A stretch of DNA of 63,983 bases, counting the filler, from Theionarchaea archaeon (GTDB lineage: Archaea > Methanobacteriota_B > Thermococci > Methanofastidiosales > SZ-28-30), in assembly GCA_018992565.1 (NCBI GenBank). It is 5 parts of 5 records of this genome, joined end to end, with 100 filler letters (N's around TTAATTAATTAA, not from the genome) between each part and the next. Parts side by side here need not be neighbours in the genome. Positions count along the whole stretch, not along the records: positions 1 to 8,512 come from JACVGW010000099.1; positions 8,613 to 40,195 come from JACVGW010000020.1; 3 more parts are not named here. One strand, 5' to 3'. The translations under genes were made by a program, and so were the position numbers. Position 1 is the stretch's first letter. Each line of letters begins with the position of its first letter. Under the pieces are notes generated by a model, which was given only the letters and a program-made list of their open reading frames with translations, did no database searches and was not told the origin of the DNA. Positions 1 through 10,964 of this stretch are shown here, piece by piece.

Positions 1-840
1 ATACCGGGGATCATCAAGCAAATGGTGGAAGCACTCGTCGTGAGTATTGATGATACAGTAGCGTATCTGGTCCTTCTGGCTGTGCAAGAACGTCAGCAAC
101 TCCCAGAAGGCCTCTCTGGTTTCACAGATGAATTCTCTAACCCTGATGTCATTGATAACGAAATTCTCTGTTTCAGCCTCCTTGAACGTGAAGATGAGGT
201 AGCCCTGAATGGTGTCTCCTGCCTTGTATCCAACAATACGGGTGAGGGGATCGTCCATCAACCGCTCCACTTTCCTCTTACTGGTCAACTTCATCATCCC
301 ATGTGTTCTCATGGCATATCGGTTGTAGCAGTCCACCAGAGCGCTGGTATCTTTCGCAGACAAGAAGTGGATGTGTTCTCGTGTTCTGGCTGGCAGCTGG
401 TCAGGGTGAAGACGGTACTGGTGCAGTTTTGTTCCAAATCCAAATCCCATCTCCTTATAGAAGTCGGGACGAAATGGGTACAACGAAGTCAGAAAAGACC
501 CCTTCTTCTTATAGTAATCTAGGAAAAAGGAAATCATGTCTTTACAAATTTTTTCTCTCTTGTGAAGAAGGTCAACTGCCACCAGCCCAACTCCTCCCAC
601 CAGGGTGGGTATGGAAAATACAGTCATAGTAAAGTCATAGAGTATCATTCCGCCTCTCAAGATTCCATCCCTGTACACCCCATACATGTGGGATGTGGGC
701 TCTTCATTCTGAAGTCTGAGAAGGTGATTCAACGTTCGTTCTCTCTCTTCGGGGGTGGATAGGTTCATCCTGGGGTACGCATTAGCCACAATGGTCATGA
801 AATCAGGAAGATCTTTTTCTGGTATCAGTTGAATACTCAT
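1..840 (-). CDS. Eis-family GNAT acetyltransferase (runs off the window start; not in ORF track)
   Basis: Manual translation from ATG at 840: MSIQLIPEKDLPDFMTIVANAYP...GGVGLVAVDLLHKREKICKDMI...SLYPFRPDFYKEMGFG. The VAV and LYPF..FY..MGF motifs are typical of Eis-like GNATs. Confidence 0.8.
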   Translation of the reverse strand, partial: MSIQLIPEKDLPDFMTIVANAYPRMNLSTPEERERTLNHLLRLQNEEPTSHMYGVYRDGILRGGMILYDFTMTVFSIPTLVGGVGLVAVDLLHKREKICKDMISFFLDYYKKKGSFLTSLYPFRPDFYKEMGFGFGTKLHQYRLHPDQLPARTREHIHFLSAKDTSALVDCYNRYAMRTHGMMKLTSKRKVERLMDDPLTRIVGYKAGDTIQGYLIFTFKEAETENFVINDIRVREFICETREAFWELLTFLHSQKDQIRYCIINTHDECFHHLLDDPRY

Positions 841-981
841 GATGTATGATCATCCACCGCTTTTTAACTCTTGGCGTCATGAAAGTGGAGGCTCTAGGTT
901 CTCTCCAGCAGAGATGGCTCTGAGGTCATGATGACCTCATAGCGTCTGACGGGTGATAAACTCCAACGGCATGGCAGAGTG

Positions 982-2403
982 TTACCTTCTGAGTGCGTAG
1001 AACAGGAGCACTGCACCTAGTATTATCACCGCCACCACTGCAATTCCGCCTATCAGGAGGAGGGGAAGGCTCTGAGTTGCTTCAAAGGATACTGAGGCAG
1101 AATCCATGAGACGATTGTCGATTAGAAGCTGGAAGGCAACCTGATGAACTCCTTCTGTCAGGGGGGTCATGTTGATGTGTACTTCTCTAGATTGATTCCC
1201 AGGTACGAGAAGATCAGAAACAGGATCAACTTCCACATTCGCTGCTGAAGCGGTGAGCTGATACACTGTGTCGTACTGTCCTGTGTTTGTTATCAGCAAT
1301 ATAGCAAAGGTATTCTGGTCTGTTGTGATGTTTTCAGGAGGGTACAGTATCTCCAGCTGACCAGACACAGGTTTTTCCACGCGTATGTTGACTGCTGTTA
1401 CCCCCAGTGATTGACCTTCACTGGATAGTTCAAGTTCAATGGAGTACAACCCTTTCTCTTCTGGTTGAAATTCAACATCAATCTGGATGTATCCTGCTCT
1501 GGGAATAGTGACAATGTACATGGTCTGAGGCATGTAAATCTCAGAGGGGGCAGTAGCAACTAAGACAAAATCAGCCTCCTTCTGGCTTTTGTTTCGCACC
1601 AGGACCCGAATACGACCCTTTTCGTCCACGTTCATCATGTCAGGATGGGACAAGATCTCAAGAGTGCCCTCAGCAGTCAGGACAACGGATATCGTTGCAT
1701 AGTCTATAAAGGTACATTCAGAATCAGAGTAGTAGACTACGACACTGTAGTCTCCTTCGGGGATCGACGGCATTAGGTGGGTTTCTTCCAGAATTGTCTT
1801 GGTTTCTCCTGGTTTCACAAGGACATCTTTTTCCAGAGGTGAAGTGTTGCCACCCAGAATCCCCCAGTCAATCTCGAGGTGTCCTGCATCAAACTTCTTG
1901 TTGCAGTCGGCCTCCATGTTGTTGGTGGCTGTCACCATCATGGTAATGTAGTCTCCCGGGGAGACCTGCGTCTTGTCAATATCCACAGAAAAGGTCACAT
2001 CCTCACAATTGCAGGAAGGTCTGCCAGGTATCCATATGGAGCTGGCACAGCAGACAGTGTACTGGCACTGGTCAGTGGCAATGGCACCATCAGAAATCCG
2101 TTGCGCTTGAATGTTCATGATGTGAACTCCTATGGGTAATCCCATGTATCCACAGAAGTGATGAATGCCGGCTGTGTAGTACCGGGTGCCCCAGTGATAC
2201 CAGATGTTCCCGTTCTGATCTTCCACCCAGCGAGTAACCCAGGCATCATCAGAAACCACAATCTCACCGCACACTTCCTGGCCATACCAGTACTGCAGAC
2301 CACATCCGGGGAACAGGGTAACAGTTGCAGTAAATGGTTGAGATACTACGGTATTCGAACTGAACACAAGCAAGAGCAAGGCCAATACCACGTATTTCTT
2401 CAT
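982..2403 (-). CDS. Secreted/surface protein with Cys-rich N-terminal part, Ig-like beta-sandwich repeats and C-terminal membrane anchor
   Basis: Signal peptide MKKYVVLALLLLVFSS; repeated 'V.N.G...' CARDB/Ig-like segments; C-terminal hydrophobic helix followed by RR. Confidence 0.7.
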   Translation of the reverse strand: MKKYVVLALLLLVFSSNTVVSQPFTATVTLFPGCGLQYWYGQEVCGEIVVSDDAWVTRWVEDQNGNIWYHWGTRYYTAGIHHFCGYMGLPIGVHIMNIQAQRISDGAIATDQCQYTVCCASSIWIPGRPSCNCEDVTFSVDIDKTQVSPGDYITMMVTATNNMEADCNKKFDAGHLEIDWGILGGNTSPLEKDVLVKPGETKTILEETHLMPSIPEGDYSVVVYYSDSECTFIDYATISVVLTAEGTLEILSHPDMMNVDEKGRIRVLVRNKSQKEADFVLVATAPSEIYMPQTMYIVTIPRAGYIQIDVEFQPEEKGLYSIELELSSEGQSLGVTAVNIRVEKPVSGQLEILYPPENITTDQNTFAILLITNTGQYDTVYQLTASAANVEVDPVSDLLVPGNQSREVHINMTPLTEGVHQVAFQLLIDNRLMDSASVSFEATQSLPLLLIGGIAVVAVIILGAVLLFYALRR

Positions 2404-2608
2404 ATGAGTATATGAAACGCAGGTCTATTTAAGAGTTTCATCTTCCCTTGAGGATTCCAGTAATCATGCTCTGACTCAATCCAATTCTCCTCACTTTCCC
2501 CTAAGGAGTTCCCACTTCCTTTTCACTAGTCGAGAGAAATATTTCCTGCTGTCACCTGCCTTTGGGTGACCGGTGAATCAGACGTCGCTGCCCAGGATAC
2601 GTGCTCTC

Positions 2609-3889
2609 TCACTTCGTCTTTTTCAGCCACAGCACACCAGCTACAGCGACCGCCAACCCTCCTCCAATGAGGGCGAATACCCAGTACCCTGCATAACCAG
2701 TCTTTGTCTGGTTCTTGTCTGGTTCTTGTAAGAGCCCAGTCCTCTTATCGCAGAGGTCTATCCAGTTGCTGCACTTCTCAACCTTGTCCTGATCTTCCAG
2801 TAGGAGAAACGAGTTCAGTGCCTTCTCGAATTTTTCTCTGGCTTCACGGTACCGTGATAAGGATTCTTCTTGATTAGCAGCATTTCGAGCTGCTGTCAGG
2901 AATGTTAAGCCTTGATCGTACTCTTTATGAGCGCTCTGGTATGTCTCGCACATTTCAACCTTCTTCTCAACATCAGCCACCATGTCCACACTCCCTATTG
3001 TCTCAAATAGGACTATGGCTTTCTCATATTCAGGTTTTGCACTCACAAAGTCCTGGCTCTGGAAGAACCTATCACCGCGGGCAACATATTCTTCAGCCAG
3101 GGTTGAATAGCCTTCATGGATTTTCCTGCGAACCTCCTCCCTTCTGGCTTCATCGCCAAGGTACCTGTAGATAGTTTCAGCCTTTTCATACTGCTCAAGT
3201 GCTTCTTCAAGACTTCCCTGTTCCTTAAGTTCATCTCCCTCAGCAGATCTGGCTGCACCCTCCTCAAGTGAATGCAAGAGCTGCAGGTATGACTGAGTAT
3301 AGCCCACACTCACCTGCAGTGTAAGCCCGCGGAGGGGCTGGACGCACCCAGCATCCGAGATACATGGTTCACCGCACTCCCCGAACAAGTTCCATGGATT
3401 CTCGAGAAATTGAACGAGACGTATTTCAACTATGCAGGAGTCATCAGCAACTATTACAGGATTCTGTTCATCAAAGACCTCTCCAGCTTTATCTGCTCGG
3501 TTCTCACCTGCATGATCCCAAAACAGAAAGAAGGGAGACGTGACATCCGCACAGTCAGTGCGAGTACAGTTCAAGTGACTTACAAAATCTGCAGTTATAC
3601 GTCCTTCTGCATCAGTCATTGTCACTGCCACCAGCACCTTGAAGAAGACGTCTTTATAGGATCTCCCGTCAAACCCTGAATCCCACAACTGCGGAGTAAT
3701 GTCGATTCGCACCATATGATCTACACATTCGTACGTCGTGCCTTTCTTCTGGTAGATAAGAGTAACCACTTCAGATGAATAGCTACTGGGAGGCTCATTC
3801 AGAGTAGCAGTCTCGGTGAATGGCAGCTCATCCTGTGAGATCATTGCCGCCAATATCAAGACTCCACAGACCATCAAGCACTTAATCAT
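2609..3889 (-). CDS. Secreted TPR-like helical repeat protein with C-terminal membrane anchor
   Basis: Likely start MIKCLMV at 3889 with GGTGA site upstream; TPR-like 'A...YEKA...Y..LGD' repeats; C-terminal TM helix plus KKTK. Confidence 0.7.
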   Translation of the reverse strand: MIKCLMVCGVLILAAMISQDELPFTETATLNEPPSSYSSEVVTLIYQKKGTTYECVDHMVRIDITPQLWDSGFDGRSYKDVFFKVLVAVTMTDAEGRITADFVSHLNCTRTDCADVTSPFFLFWDHAGENRADKAGEVFDEQNPVIVADDSCIVEIRLVQFLENPWNLFGECGEPCISDAGCVQPLRGLTLQVSVGYTQSYLQLLHSLEEGAARSAEGDELKEQGSLEEALEQYEKAETIYRYLGDEARREEVRRKIHEGYSTLAEEYVARGDRFFQSQDFVSAKPEYEKAIVLFETIGSVDMVADVEKKVEMCETYQSAHKEYDQGLTFLTAARNAANQEESLSRYREAREKFEKALNSFLLLEDQDKVEKCSNWIDLCDKRTGLLQEPDKNQTKTGYAGYWVFALIGGGLAVAVAGVLWLKKTK

Positions 3890-4129
3890 ACTATCACCAT
3901 TTCCTGGACTTCTTACAACAATAAAAAGATTGGCTTCTGGCACACTTCGGATGTTTCCTGAGCAAGGTTCCCTCACCACTCGGGAGAATTACCATGAACC
4001 AATACGTGACAAGGAGCCAAAAGAGTGGGTTCCTCAACGGAGTTCAGGTCCCCGGGATTGTGAGACCTCGAGGGACCAGGAATCCCACAGCGACGAAAAA
4101 AAGCATCTCCACTGCCCACATCTCCAATA

Positions 4130-4327
4130 TTAATCTACATGCTCTTTGAGAACGTCATAGCATGCCCGCTCCTGTCCTGGTACACAAGTCCTGCAGACAC
4201 CCATGGCTATTCGGAAACAGCGGGGACATACCTTTTTCCCGCATAGAATGCATTCTCTCAAAGCTGGGGTGGTTCGTCCACAAATCTGGCATTTCTCCTT
4301 TTCCATGATTGTAAGTAAATGTTCCAC
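4130..4327 (-). CDS. Small zinc-finger protein (four CxxC pairs)
   Basis: CQIC...CILC...CPRC...CRTC in 65 aa. Confidence 0.7.
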   Translation of the reverse strand: MEHLLTIMEKEKCQICGRTTPALRECILCGKKVCPRCFRIAMGVCRTCVPGQERACYDVLKEHVD

Positions 4328-4464
4328 TTAAAAAGGTGTGGTTAGGCCCTTTCAAGAAGGTGGTTCAGAATAGAAGAATCTCAACCAGTGCAATCCTGAG
4401 ACGATGCGTGGCTTTGAACCATCTGAATCAGAAGGCTTTTAATTACTGAATCCGTGAATCATAT

Positions 4465-4638
4465 ATGAAACCTCAAGCACCCAAAACGGTGACCTTTGTC
4501 ATAGCCCTCATCTTGTTTCTCGTTGGTCTACTAGGTCTCTACACAGGCGTCATATCACTTCGTAACGATCTTGCCCAACTCTGCCTCGTGATCTCAAATG
4601 TCCTGCTTATTCTCGGTGTCCTGGTAAAAGGGCTATAA
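4465..4638 (+). CDS. Small two-helix membrane protein, 57 aa (not in ORF track)
   Basis: MKPQAPKTVTFVIALILFLVGLLGLYTGVISLRNDLAQLCLVISNVLLILGVLVKGL*; TATA-like TTTTAATTA ~25 nt upstream; T-rich tract downstream. Confidence 0.7.
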   Translation: MKPQAPKTVTFVIALILFLVGLLGLYTGVISLRNDLAQLCLVISNVLLILGVLVKGL

Positions 4639-4854
4639 ATTGTGTCTTGTTTCATCCTCTTTCTTTCCCTTTTTTTGTGGAGGAGAGCCACTGAATGACC
4701 CAGTAGTTCACATGGAGAAGAGGAATTCCATTTTATGAAGCAAATAAGGTATTTAGACTATATGATCATATTAACCTTTAAAAGTATTCTTTCCTCCATT
4801 TACACCGCACATTCATGGAAAACAGAAAAGGCGTGCTTGGATATAGATGATACA

Positions 4855-6348
4855 ATGATTGAACATTCATCTCCCATTGGGATAATAAATGAGAAATTTA
4901 ACAGAAACAACCTTTTTCTAACCACAGACTCTGTAGAAGTGCTTGCCAATCAGGAACCTGATAGCCTGGATCGATTCATTGAATATCTCAAGGAGAAAAA
5001 CGTTATATTCGTTGGAAAAGACCATATTGATTCATTCTTCTATCCTCAGGTTGAGGCAGAGACTACGTTTGAATATACTGGGGAAAATCTCCCTCTTGAC
5101 GAATTTGTCCCTTCCACTCCACTCACTGTGGATCATGACTTCAGGATTGTGAAGGACGTGACACGAAAGGCTCTGTCTGAAGGGACCTGTAAGAACTTTG
5201 TAGACATGTTCCAGAGCCGGTATCGCAAGGTGTCCAAGATGTTCAGAGCAAAGCCCACCATGCGCGATTTCCAGCCATTATCCATGGTTAAAAAGATGAA
5301 GATAAAAGACATGGTAAAAACAGTTGGCATAGTAACAGAATGTGCCACCACCCGCAATGGGCACACTATTCTGACTCTTGAGGACGAAACTGACTCGATA
5401 AAAGCGCTGCTCCACAGCAGGAATGAAGAGCTGACCGGGCAGGCCAGAGCGATTCTCACTGATGAGGTGGTGGGCATTTCAGGAGTCCTGGGACAGGATA
5501 TCATCTTTGTAAATCACCTTGAGGTTCCTGACATTCCCGGACGAGAACCCAACCACAGCCCGGAAGATATCTGGGTTGCCATCACGTCTGATCTCCATGT
5601 GGGAAGCAACAGCTTCATGGAGAAGGCATTCCTGCGGTTTATTCGCTGGCTGAACCTCAAGTACGACCACCGGGCAGAAATCGCCCGCAAGATCCAGTAC
5701 GTGCTGGTAGTCGGTGATCTGGTGGATGGGGTGGGCATCTACCCGGGTCAGGAAAACGACCTGGTCATTCCAGATATTAAAGAGCAGTACCGGAACCTGG
5801 CAACCCTTTTGAAGTTGATTCCGTCTCACATCACTTTGATCCTGGCACCTGGAAACCATGATGCCACACGCATTGCAGAACCCCAGCTCCCCATCCTGGA
5901 GGAATATGCCCCTGATCTCTACAGTATGGAAAATGTGAGAATGGTGGGGAATCCCTGCTTCTTGGATCTACACTCAGTAAAGGTCCTGCTGTACCATGGA
6001 GGGAGTCTTTTTGATTTTCTGGCTCTCCAGAAAGAACATGATGATGCATCCATCCCCATGATTGAGATGCTGAAAAAACGGCATCTCTGCCCTTTGTATG
6101 GAAATGTGCCTGTAGCTCCCTCTGAAGAAGACTTGATGGTGATTGAGGACGTGCCAGACCTGTTTATCACAGGACACATCCACGTCAATTCATACCAGAA
6201 TTACAGAGGAACCACTGTAGTGAATCCTGGCTGCTGGATGGAACAATCGGAGTATCAGAAGACTCGAAATATTAACCCTACACCATGTAAAGTCCCCATC
6301 CTGAACCTGAAAACCTATAACATGCTGGTGATGGACTTTGGAGCCTGA
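4855..6348 (+). CDS. polB: DNA polymerase II (PolD) small subunit DP1
   Basis: OB-fold plus calcineurin-like phosphoesterase motifs SDLHVGS, GDLVDG, PGNHD, YHG, GHIH; directly upstream of DP2. The ORF track start at 4735 is probably too early. Confidence 0.95.
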   Translation: MIEHSSPIGIINEKFNRNNLFLTTDSVEVLANQEPDSLDRFIEYLKEKNVIFVGKDHIDSFFYPQVEAETTFEYTGENLPLDEFVPSTPLTVDHDFRIVKDVTRKALSEGTCKNFVDMFQSRYRKVSKMFRAKPTMRDFQPLSMVKKMKIKDMVKTVGIVTECATTRNGHTILTLEDETDSIKALLHSRNEELTGQARAILTDEVVGISGVLGQDIIFVNHLEVPDIPGREPNHSPEDIWVAITSDLHVGSNSFMEKAFLRFIRWLNLKYDHRAEIARKIQYVLVVGDLVDGVGIYPGQENDLVIPDIKEQYRNLATLLKLIPSHITLILAPGNHDATRIAEPQLPILEEYAPDLYSMENVRMVGNPCFLDLHSVKVLLYHGGSLFDFLALQKEHDDASIPMIEMLKKRHLCPLYGNVPVAPSEEDLMVIEDVPDLFITGHIHVNSYQNYRGTTVVNPGCWMEQSEYQKTRNINPTPCKVPILNLKTYNMLVMDFGA

Positions 6349-8512
6349 ACAATACTTCTCAATGTTGGAAGAGCAGCTGGAAGAGCTGTACACTGTGGCT
6401 GAGAAAGCCAGGAAACAGTGGAAAGATCCTTCGCCCCACGTGGAAATCCCCAGAGCGAAAGACATGGCAGACAGAGTGGAGAGCCTGGTAGGTCCCAGGG
6501 GCATTGCTGATACTATCAGAACGCTGGACAAGGAAGGATTTTCCCGGGAAGACATTGCATTGAAGGTCATTGACCAGATAATTGAATCGGATTTCCAGGG
6601 AGAGAAAACTGCAGAGCAATGTATCAGAACCTCACTTGCCATTCTCACTGAAGGGATTGTGGCAGCTCCTCTGGAAGGGATTGCCAAGGTGAAGATCAAG
6701 TCCAACTTTGATGGCACCAAGTATATAGCAGTCTATTTTGCAGGCCCTATACGAAGCGCGGGAGGTACTGCTGCTGCCCTGGTAGTCTTGCTGGGAGATT
6801 ACATCAGGCGAAAACTCCACCTGGATGCTTTCAAGGCTTCCCAGGACGAAATTGAACGGTATATTGAAGAAATGGAGTTATACAACAGGATTACCCGCCT
6901 CCAGTATTTTCCCACCCCTGACGAAACTCGGGAAGCTCTGACACATATTCCTGTAGAAATAACAGGAGACCCCACAGAGAAAGAAGAAGTATCAGGACAC
7001 CGAAATATGGAGCGAATCGAGACTGACAGGGTGCGTGGGGGTGCTATCCTGGCTCTGGCTGAGAGTGTAATCCAGAAAAGCAAGAAAGTCTATAAATATG
7101 CAGTTAAGTTCAATATCCCTGACTGGGAGTGGTTGACAGATCTTCATACAGTATCTGCACAGGATACAACGGTGATTAGTGCCAATGAGAAGTATTTGAA
7201 AGATGTCATTGCAGGAAGACCTGTCTTCTCATATCCCATGCGGAGAGGAGGGTTCCGCATTCGGCTGGGACGATCCAGAAATACAGGGCTGGGTGCCTGG
7301 GGAATACATCCTGCCACCATGTCAGTGTGCAGCGGGTTCATTGCAACAGGTACGCAGTTGAAAACCGAAAGACCGGGAAAGGCCACTGCTGCAGCACCTG
7401 TGGATTCTATTGAAGGCCCTACCGTCTTATTGAAGAATGGAGATGTGGTCAGGTTAGAGACGTATGCACAGGCAGAAGACGTCAAAGACGAGATTGATGA
7501 GATTCTGTACATGGGGGATGCTTTGATATCATACGGAGATTTTCTGCAAAACAGCCACGTTATTCTCCCTTCTGGCTACGTCGAAGAGTGGTGGGTACAG
7601 GAGGTGCCTCTTGAGGTGGACCCATATGCTGTGAGTGAAGAGGAAGCTTTGGCCATCAGTAGAGAGCATAAGTGCCCTCTCCATCCCAGGTACACCTATT
7701 TCTGGAACTACTTGGAGAAAGAGGAACTCATGGCACTGGTAACCTGGGACAAGAAAACCTATTCCCGCCGTATGAAGGACATTCTTGAAGTTCTCGGAGT
7801 CCCTCACATGGTCAGGGAAGGACACTTCATTATTGAATCTCCAGCTTTTTTCGCCTGCTTGAATGAAGAGATGTTCAACCCAGATCTTCCTGTCCTGGAG
7901 GCTGTCAGTGAGATGGCAGGGTTCCCCGTCAGAGCAAAGTGCTGTTATACCGTAGGTGTGAGAATGGGCAGACCAGAGAAAAGCAAGTACAGGGTTATGT
8001 CTCCCCCTGTTCATGTGCTCTTCCCTGTAGGAACTCACGGTGGAAAAACTCGAAACATGGTGAAAGCAGGCCATCGCGTTATTGATGTGGATGTGGTCAA
8101 CCTGGAATGCCCCCGATGTGGGGAGATCACCTACAAGCGAACCTGTCCAAAGTGCGGATCAGTAACTGAGCTCTTCAAAACCTGCACCAACAGATCCTGT
8201 TCCGTAGACAAGATTAAAACTGAGTATGATCTGTGTCCTGCCTGTAATTTGCCACTGCAATTGTACTCACGCAAAAAAGTTAATATAGCTGAGGAATTGA
8301 GCCAGATTAAAGAGAAGGTGCCTGAACAGGTGAAAGGAGTCATTGGTATGACTTCAGCATATAAGTTCCCTGAACCTGTTATGAAAGGTGTTCTCAGAGC
8401 CCGAAACAAGGTGTATGTGTTTAAAGATGGCACCATTCGATTTGATGCAACTGATCTCCCGCTAACGCATTTCACCGCCAGGGAAATCGGAGTATCACTG
8501 GAGGAATTGAAG
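6338..8512 (+). CDS. polC: DNA polymerase II (PolD) large subunit DP2, truncated by gap
   Basis: YFAGPIRSAGGTA, GGFRIRLGRSRNTG, RMGRPEK, FKDGTIRFD motifs and CxxC zinc ribbons. Confidence 0.97.
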
Positions 8513-8612
8513 NNNNNNNNNNNNNNNNNNNNNNNNNNNNNNNNNNNNNNNNNNNNTTAATTAATTAANNNNNNNNNNNNNNNNNNNNNNNNNNNNNNNN
8601 NNNNNNNNNNNN
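8513..8612. other. Assembly gap with TTAATTAATTAA linker
   Basis: N run with all-frame stop linker at 8557-8568. Confidence 0.97.
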
Positions 8613-9010
8613 GGCAGAGAGTGGGGACAGGATACATTGAGTTCCACAATGTCAGCTCCCGATTCTTCCATCATTGCTGCTACCAGCGAAAACTCTTCTT
8701 GTGAACGCCCAAAAACAGAGGCAATAACAGGGACACCACCCTTTTTTGCCATTTCGATTTCCTCTGCGAACTGTCTGCATCCTGGGTTGGGTAACCCCAT
8801 GGCATTGAGCACAATATCCTCTGATATATGCAGTACGGTAGGGTTGTTGTACCCTTCTCTGGGCTCAACCCCGATGGATTTAGTGGTTACAGCTCCTGCA
8901 CCGCTTTCTGCCACACGCTGCAGGAGAGCCCCTTTCGTTCCCAGAATGCCAGATGCCAGTACTAAGGGATTCCTCAGGGGTATGCCGCACAGACGAGTAG
9001 ATACGTCCAT
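8613..9010 (-). CDS. pyrD: Dihydroorotate dehydrogenase (family 1B), 3' part lost in gap
   Basis: LRNPLVLASG, GAVTTKS, NAMGLPNPG, ELNVSCPH motifs. Confidence 0.93.
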
Positions 9011-9753
9011 TACATCTCCTTTATTACATTGTTGATAAGGGCTTGATAGTCGTGTGCCCGTTCTGCAGGGTTCTCATGAGTAATAATATCTCTGGATACA
9101 TTGACCATAGTCCTCTCTTTGAAAATCCTTACAATATCAAGTCCTCCACCCTGTGCCCCGACACCAGGAGCGAGGATTAGCTGTTTGGTGAGTATAGCAT
9201 GTATCTTTTTGATGTCCTCAACTTCACAGGTAGCCCCTACCACTGCTCCCAGCCCATTGGAGGCAGCCACCTGGTTGGCAGTGAATTCATAACCTGAAAT
9301 CCCCTGGACCACTCCCTTCATGAAATAGTCTGCTTCAGGGTTGGACATCAATGTCAGGGTAATGATCCCCAGCCCATAACGTTGAGCAACATCAATAGTC
9401 TCTCTGATATTGCCGGGGAAGGGACTGTAGGTCAGAGCATCAAATCCCATGCTGCTCAGCCAGAAAAGGGCAGCCCTGTTGGTGGACCCAATGTCTGACA
9501 GCTTGTGGTCTGAAATACTCAGACATCCTCTGCGATGTATGAGGTCATTCAATGCCTTGATCTCTGAAAATCCCATGGGCAACACATACTGAGTGTTGGG
9601 CTTGTAGCAAAAACAGAAATCTGATGTCTTTTCCACAATGTCAGAACAGAAATCCAGAAGGTCATCAGGGCCTCCTGTTTCAGGGGAAGGATCCAGCCCA
9701 ACGCACAGCTGGCTTTTTTTCTCTCTCATAGCTGCCATGAACTTCTCTCTCAT
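9010..9753 (-). CDS. pyrF: Orotidine-5'-phosphate decarboxylase
   Basis: LCVGLDP, YKPN, DHKLSDIGST, VVGAT, PGVGAQGG, NVSR motifs; probable leaderless start at 9753. Confidence 0.93.
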   Translation of the reverse strand: MREKFMAAMREKKSQLCVGLDPSPETGGPDDLLDFCSDIVEKTSDFCFCYKPNTQYVLPMGFSEIKALNDLIHRRGCLSISDHKLSDIGSTNRAALFWLSSMGFDALTYSPFPGNIRETIDVAQRYGLGIITLTLMSNPEADYFMKGVVQGISGYEFTANQVAASNGLGAVVGATCEVEDIKKIHAILTKQLILAPGVGAQGGGLDIVRIFKERTMVNVSRDIITHENPAERAHDYQALINNVIKEM

Positions 9754-9955
9754 GAACTGACTAGTTATTACAGCATTAAAAGGCTTTTTCTTTCTTTCCA
9801 GTACCAATGACTTCGTCACCTTCCGCAGTCCATGACATCTCACAGCACAGCTTTTTCCCTAATCAGTTGATGTGTAGGTTATAACTGGAAGGATTTCAAG
9901 AAAAAGGGAGATAAATCCAACGGTTCATTTATAAACACTGCAATCAATTAAAGGT

Positions 9956-10285
9956 ATGCGGGGAAGAAAACGATCCCTCAAAGGTTATCCTCCGTGCGAC
10001 CGGTGTGGAAGCTCAGCAGACGTGGTGGCCTATGGAAAGAGGGTAAACAAGCACGGTTCAAAACAGACGTACTTCTGCAGGAGTTGCGCGCACAAATTTA
10101 CCCCGGATGACGGGTTCAAAGGAAGACGCTTCCCCTCTGAGGTTATCAGGGCTACCATCAATCTCACACAGAAGGGATTGACCCTGAAGCAGGTAACAAA
10201 ACACATAAAGAATGAATTCGGTATAGGTGTGAGTGAATCAACTGTCCTTGACTGGATCAATGCTTATACTACAGGAAAAGAATGA
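9956..10285 (+). mobile_element. Transposase N-terminal fragment (Zn ribbon + HTH, IS6/IS1-like), no DDE domain
   Basis: CxxC...YG.R.....KQ.Y.CxxC...F then 'GLTLKQV...FGIGVSESTVLDWI'; stops before any catalytic domain; no terminal inverted repeats seen. Confidence 0.65.
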
Positions 10286-10352
10286 CTCTTTTTGTAACCA
10301 CTTGGTTAGAATAATGTTCTCCGACTTGAACAGCAAGCAACTATGTCTCGTG

Positions 10353-10787
10353 TCATGTGGGGGAGAGCCTGTAATGTATCGTCTTGGAAAAAGGTTGAAA
10401 CCCAGCTTTTTCATATAGTGTCCGGGCAACTATATTGCCCTCAGTTGTGCTGATGAAAATGGTCACAGGCCTGGTCCTCAGTTCATTTATTGCATACTCC
10501 AGCAAACGGGTCCCTATGCCCCTGTTCTGATAGTCTTCCAGGATATGCAGTTCTGTAATATAGGCGTACCGTTTAGTTTTTCTGTCAAACCATGGGTTTT
10601 CCCCAATGAACCAGTACAGGAACCCCGCGTAGTCACCATCAACTTCTGCTATCCTCAGTCCTTCCAAAGGGATTCGTTTCAGCTGCTCTTCACTCCCAAA
10701 TGGATCCCAGGGGCTGTCTCCTGGTCCAAAATGGGTAATAATATCCTTGAAATCATGGGGGTTCCCCTGTCTGATTGTCACTGTCAT
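10353..10787 (-). CDS. GNAT family N-acetyltransferase
   Basis: YQNRGIGTRLL acetyl-CoA motif and N..A..LYEKAGF. Confidence 0.9.
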   Translation of the reverse strand: MTVTIRQGNPHDFKDIITHFGPGDSPWDPFGSEEQLKRIPLEGLRIAEVDGDYAGFLYWFIGENPWFDRKTKRYAYITELHILEDYQNRGIGTRLLEYAINELRTRPVTIFISTTEGNIVARTLYEKAGFQPFSKTIHYRLSPT

Positions 10788-10964
10788 GCAATCATCTCAG
10801 TATGGATATCATGGTAAAGTGACCTGTGAGTTAAGAAGGTTTTGATCCTTGGTCAGTATCCTAGCTGGTTCCACCCCCTTCGTTCTGTCACTGGCTCACG
10901 AGCGTTCAGCTGGGTTGTAGAGTTCTTCTTTTCCTGATCCCACATTTTATAAGAGATACTGTGT

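Noticed and set aside
22..762. Plus-strand ORFs 22-522, 303-629 and 562-762
   Set aside because: Antisense shadows of the minus-strand Eis-like acetyltransferase.
3900..4128. Hydrophobic reading-frame fragments on the minus strand, possible pseudogene or TGA readthrough
   Set aside because: Short and needs a frameshift; no recognisable family or recoding signal.
4640..4850. Possible replication origin upstream of polD
   Set aside because: AT-rich with one weak ORB-like stretch near 4811-4831, but no clear repeated ORBs and no adjacent cdc6.
8557..8568. Recurrent TTAATTAATTAA palindrome (also 40240, 48563, 56833)
   Set aside because: Always centred in N runs; an artificial all-frame stop linker, not biology.
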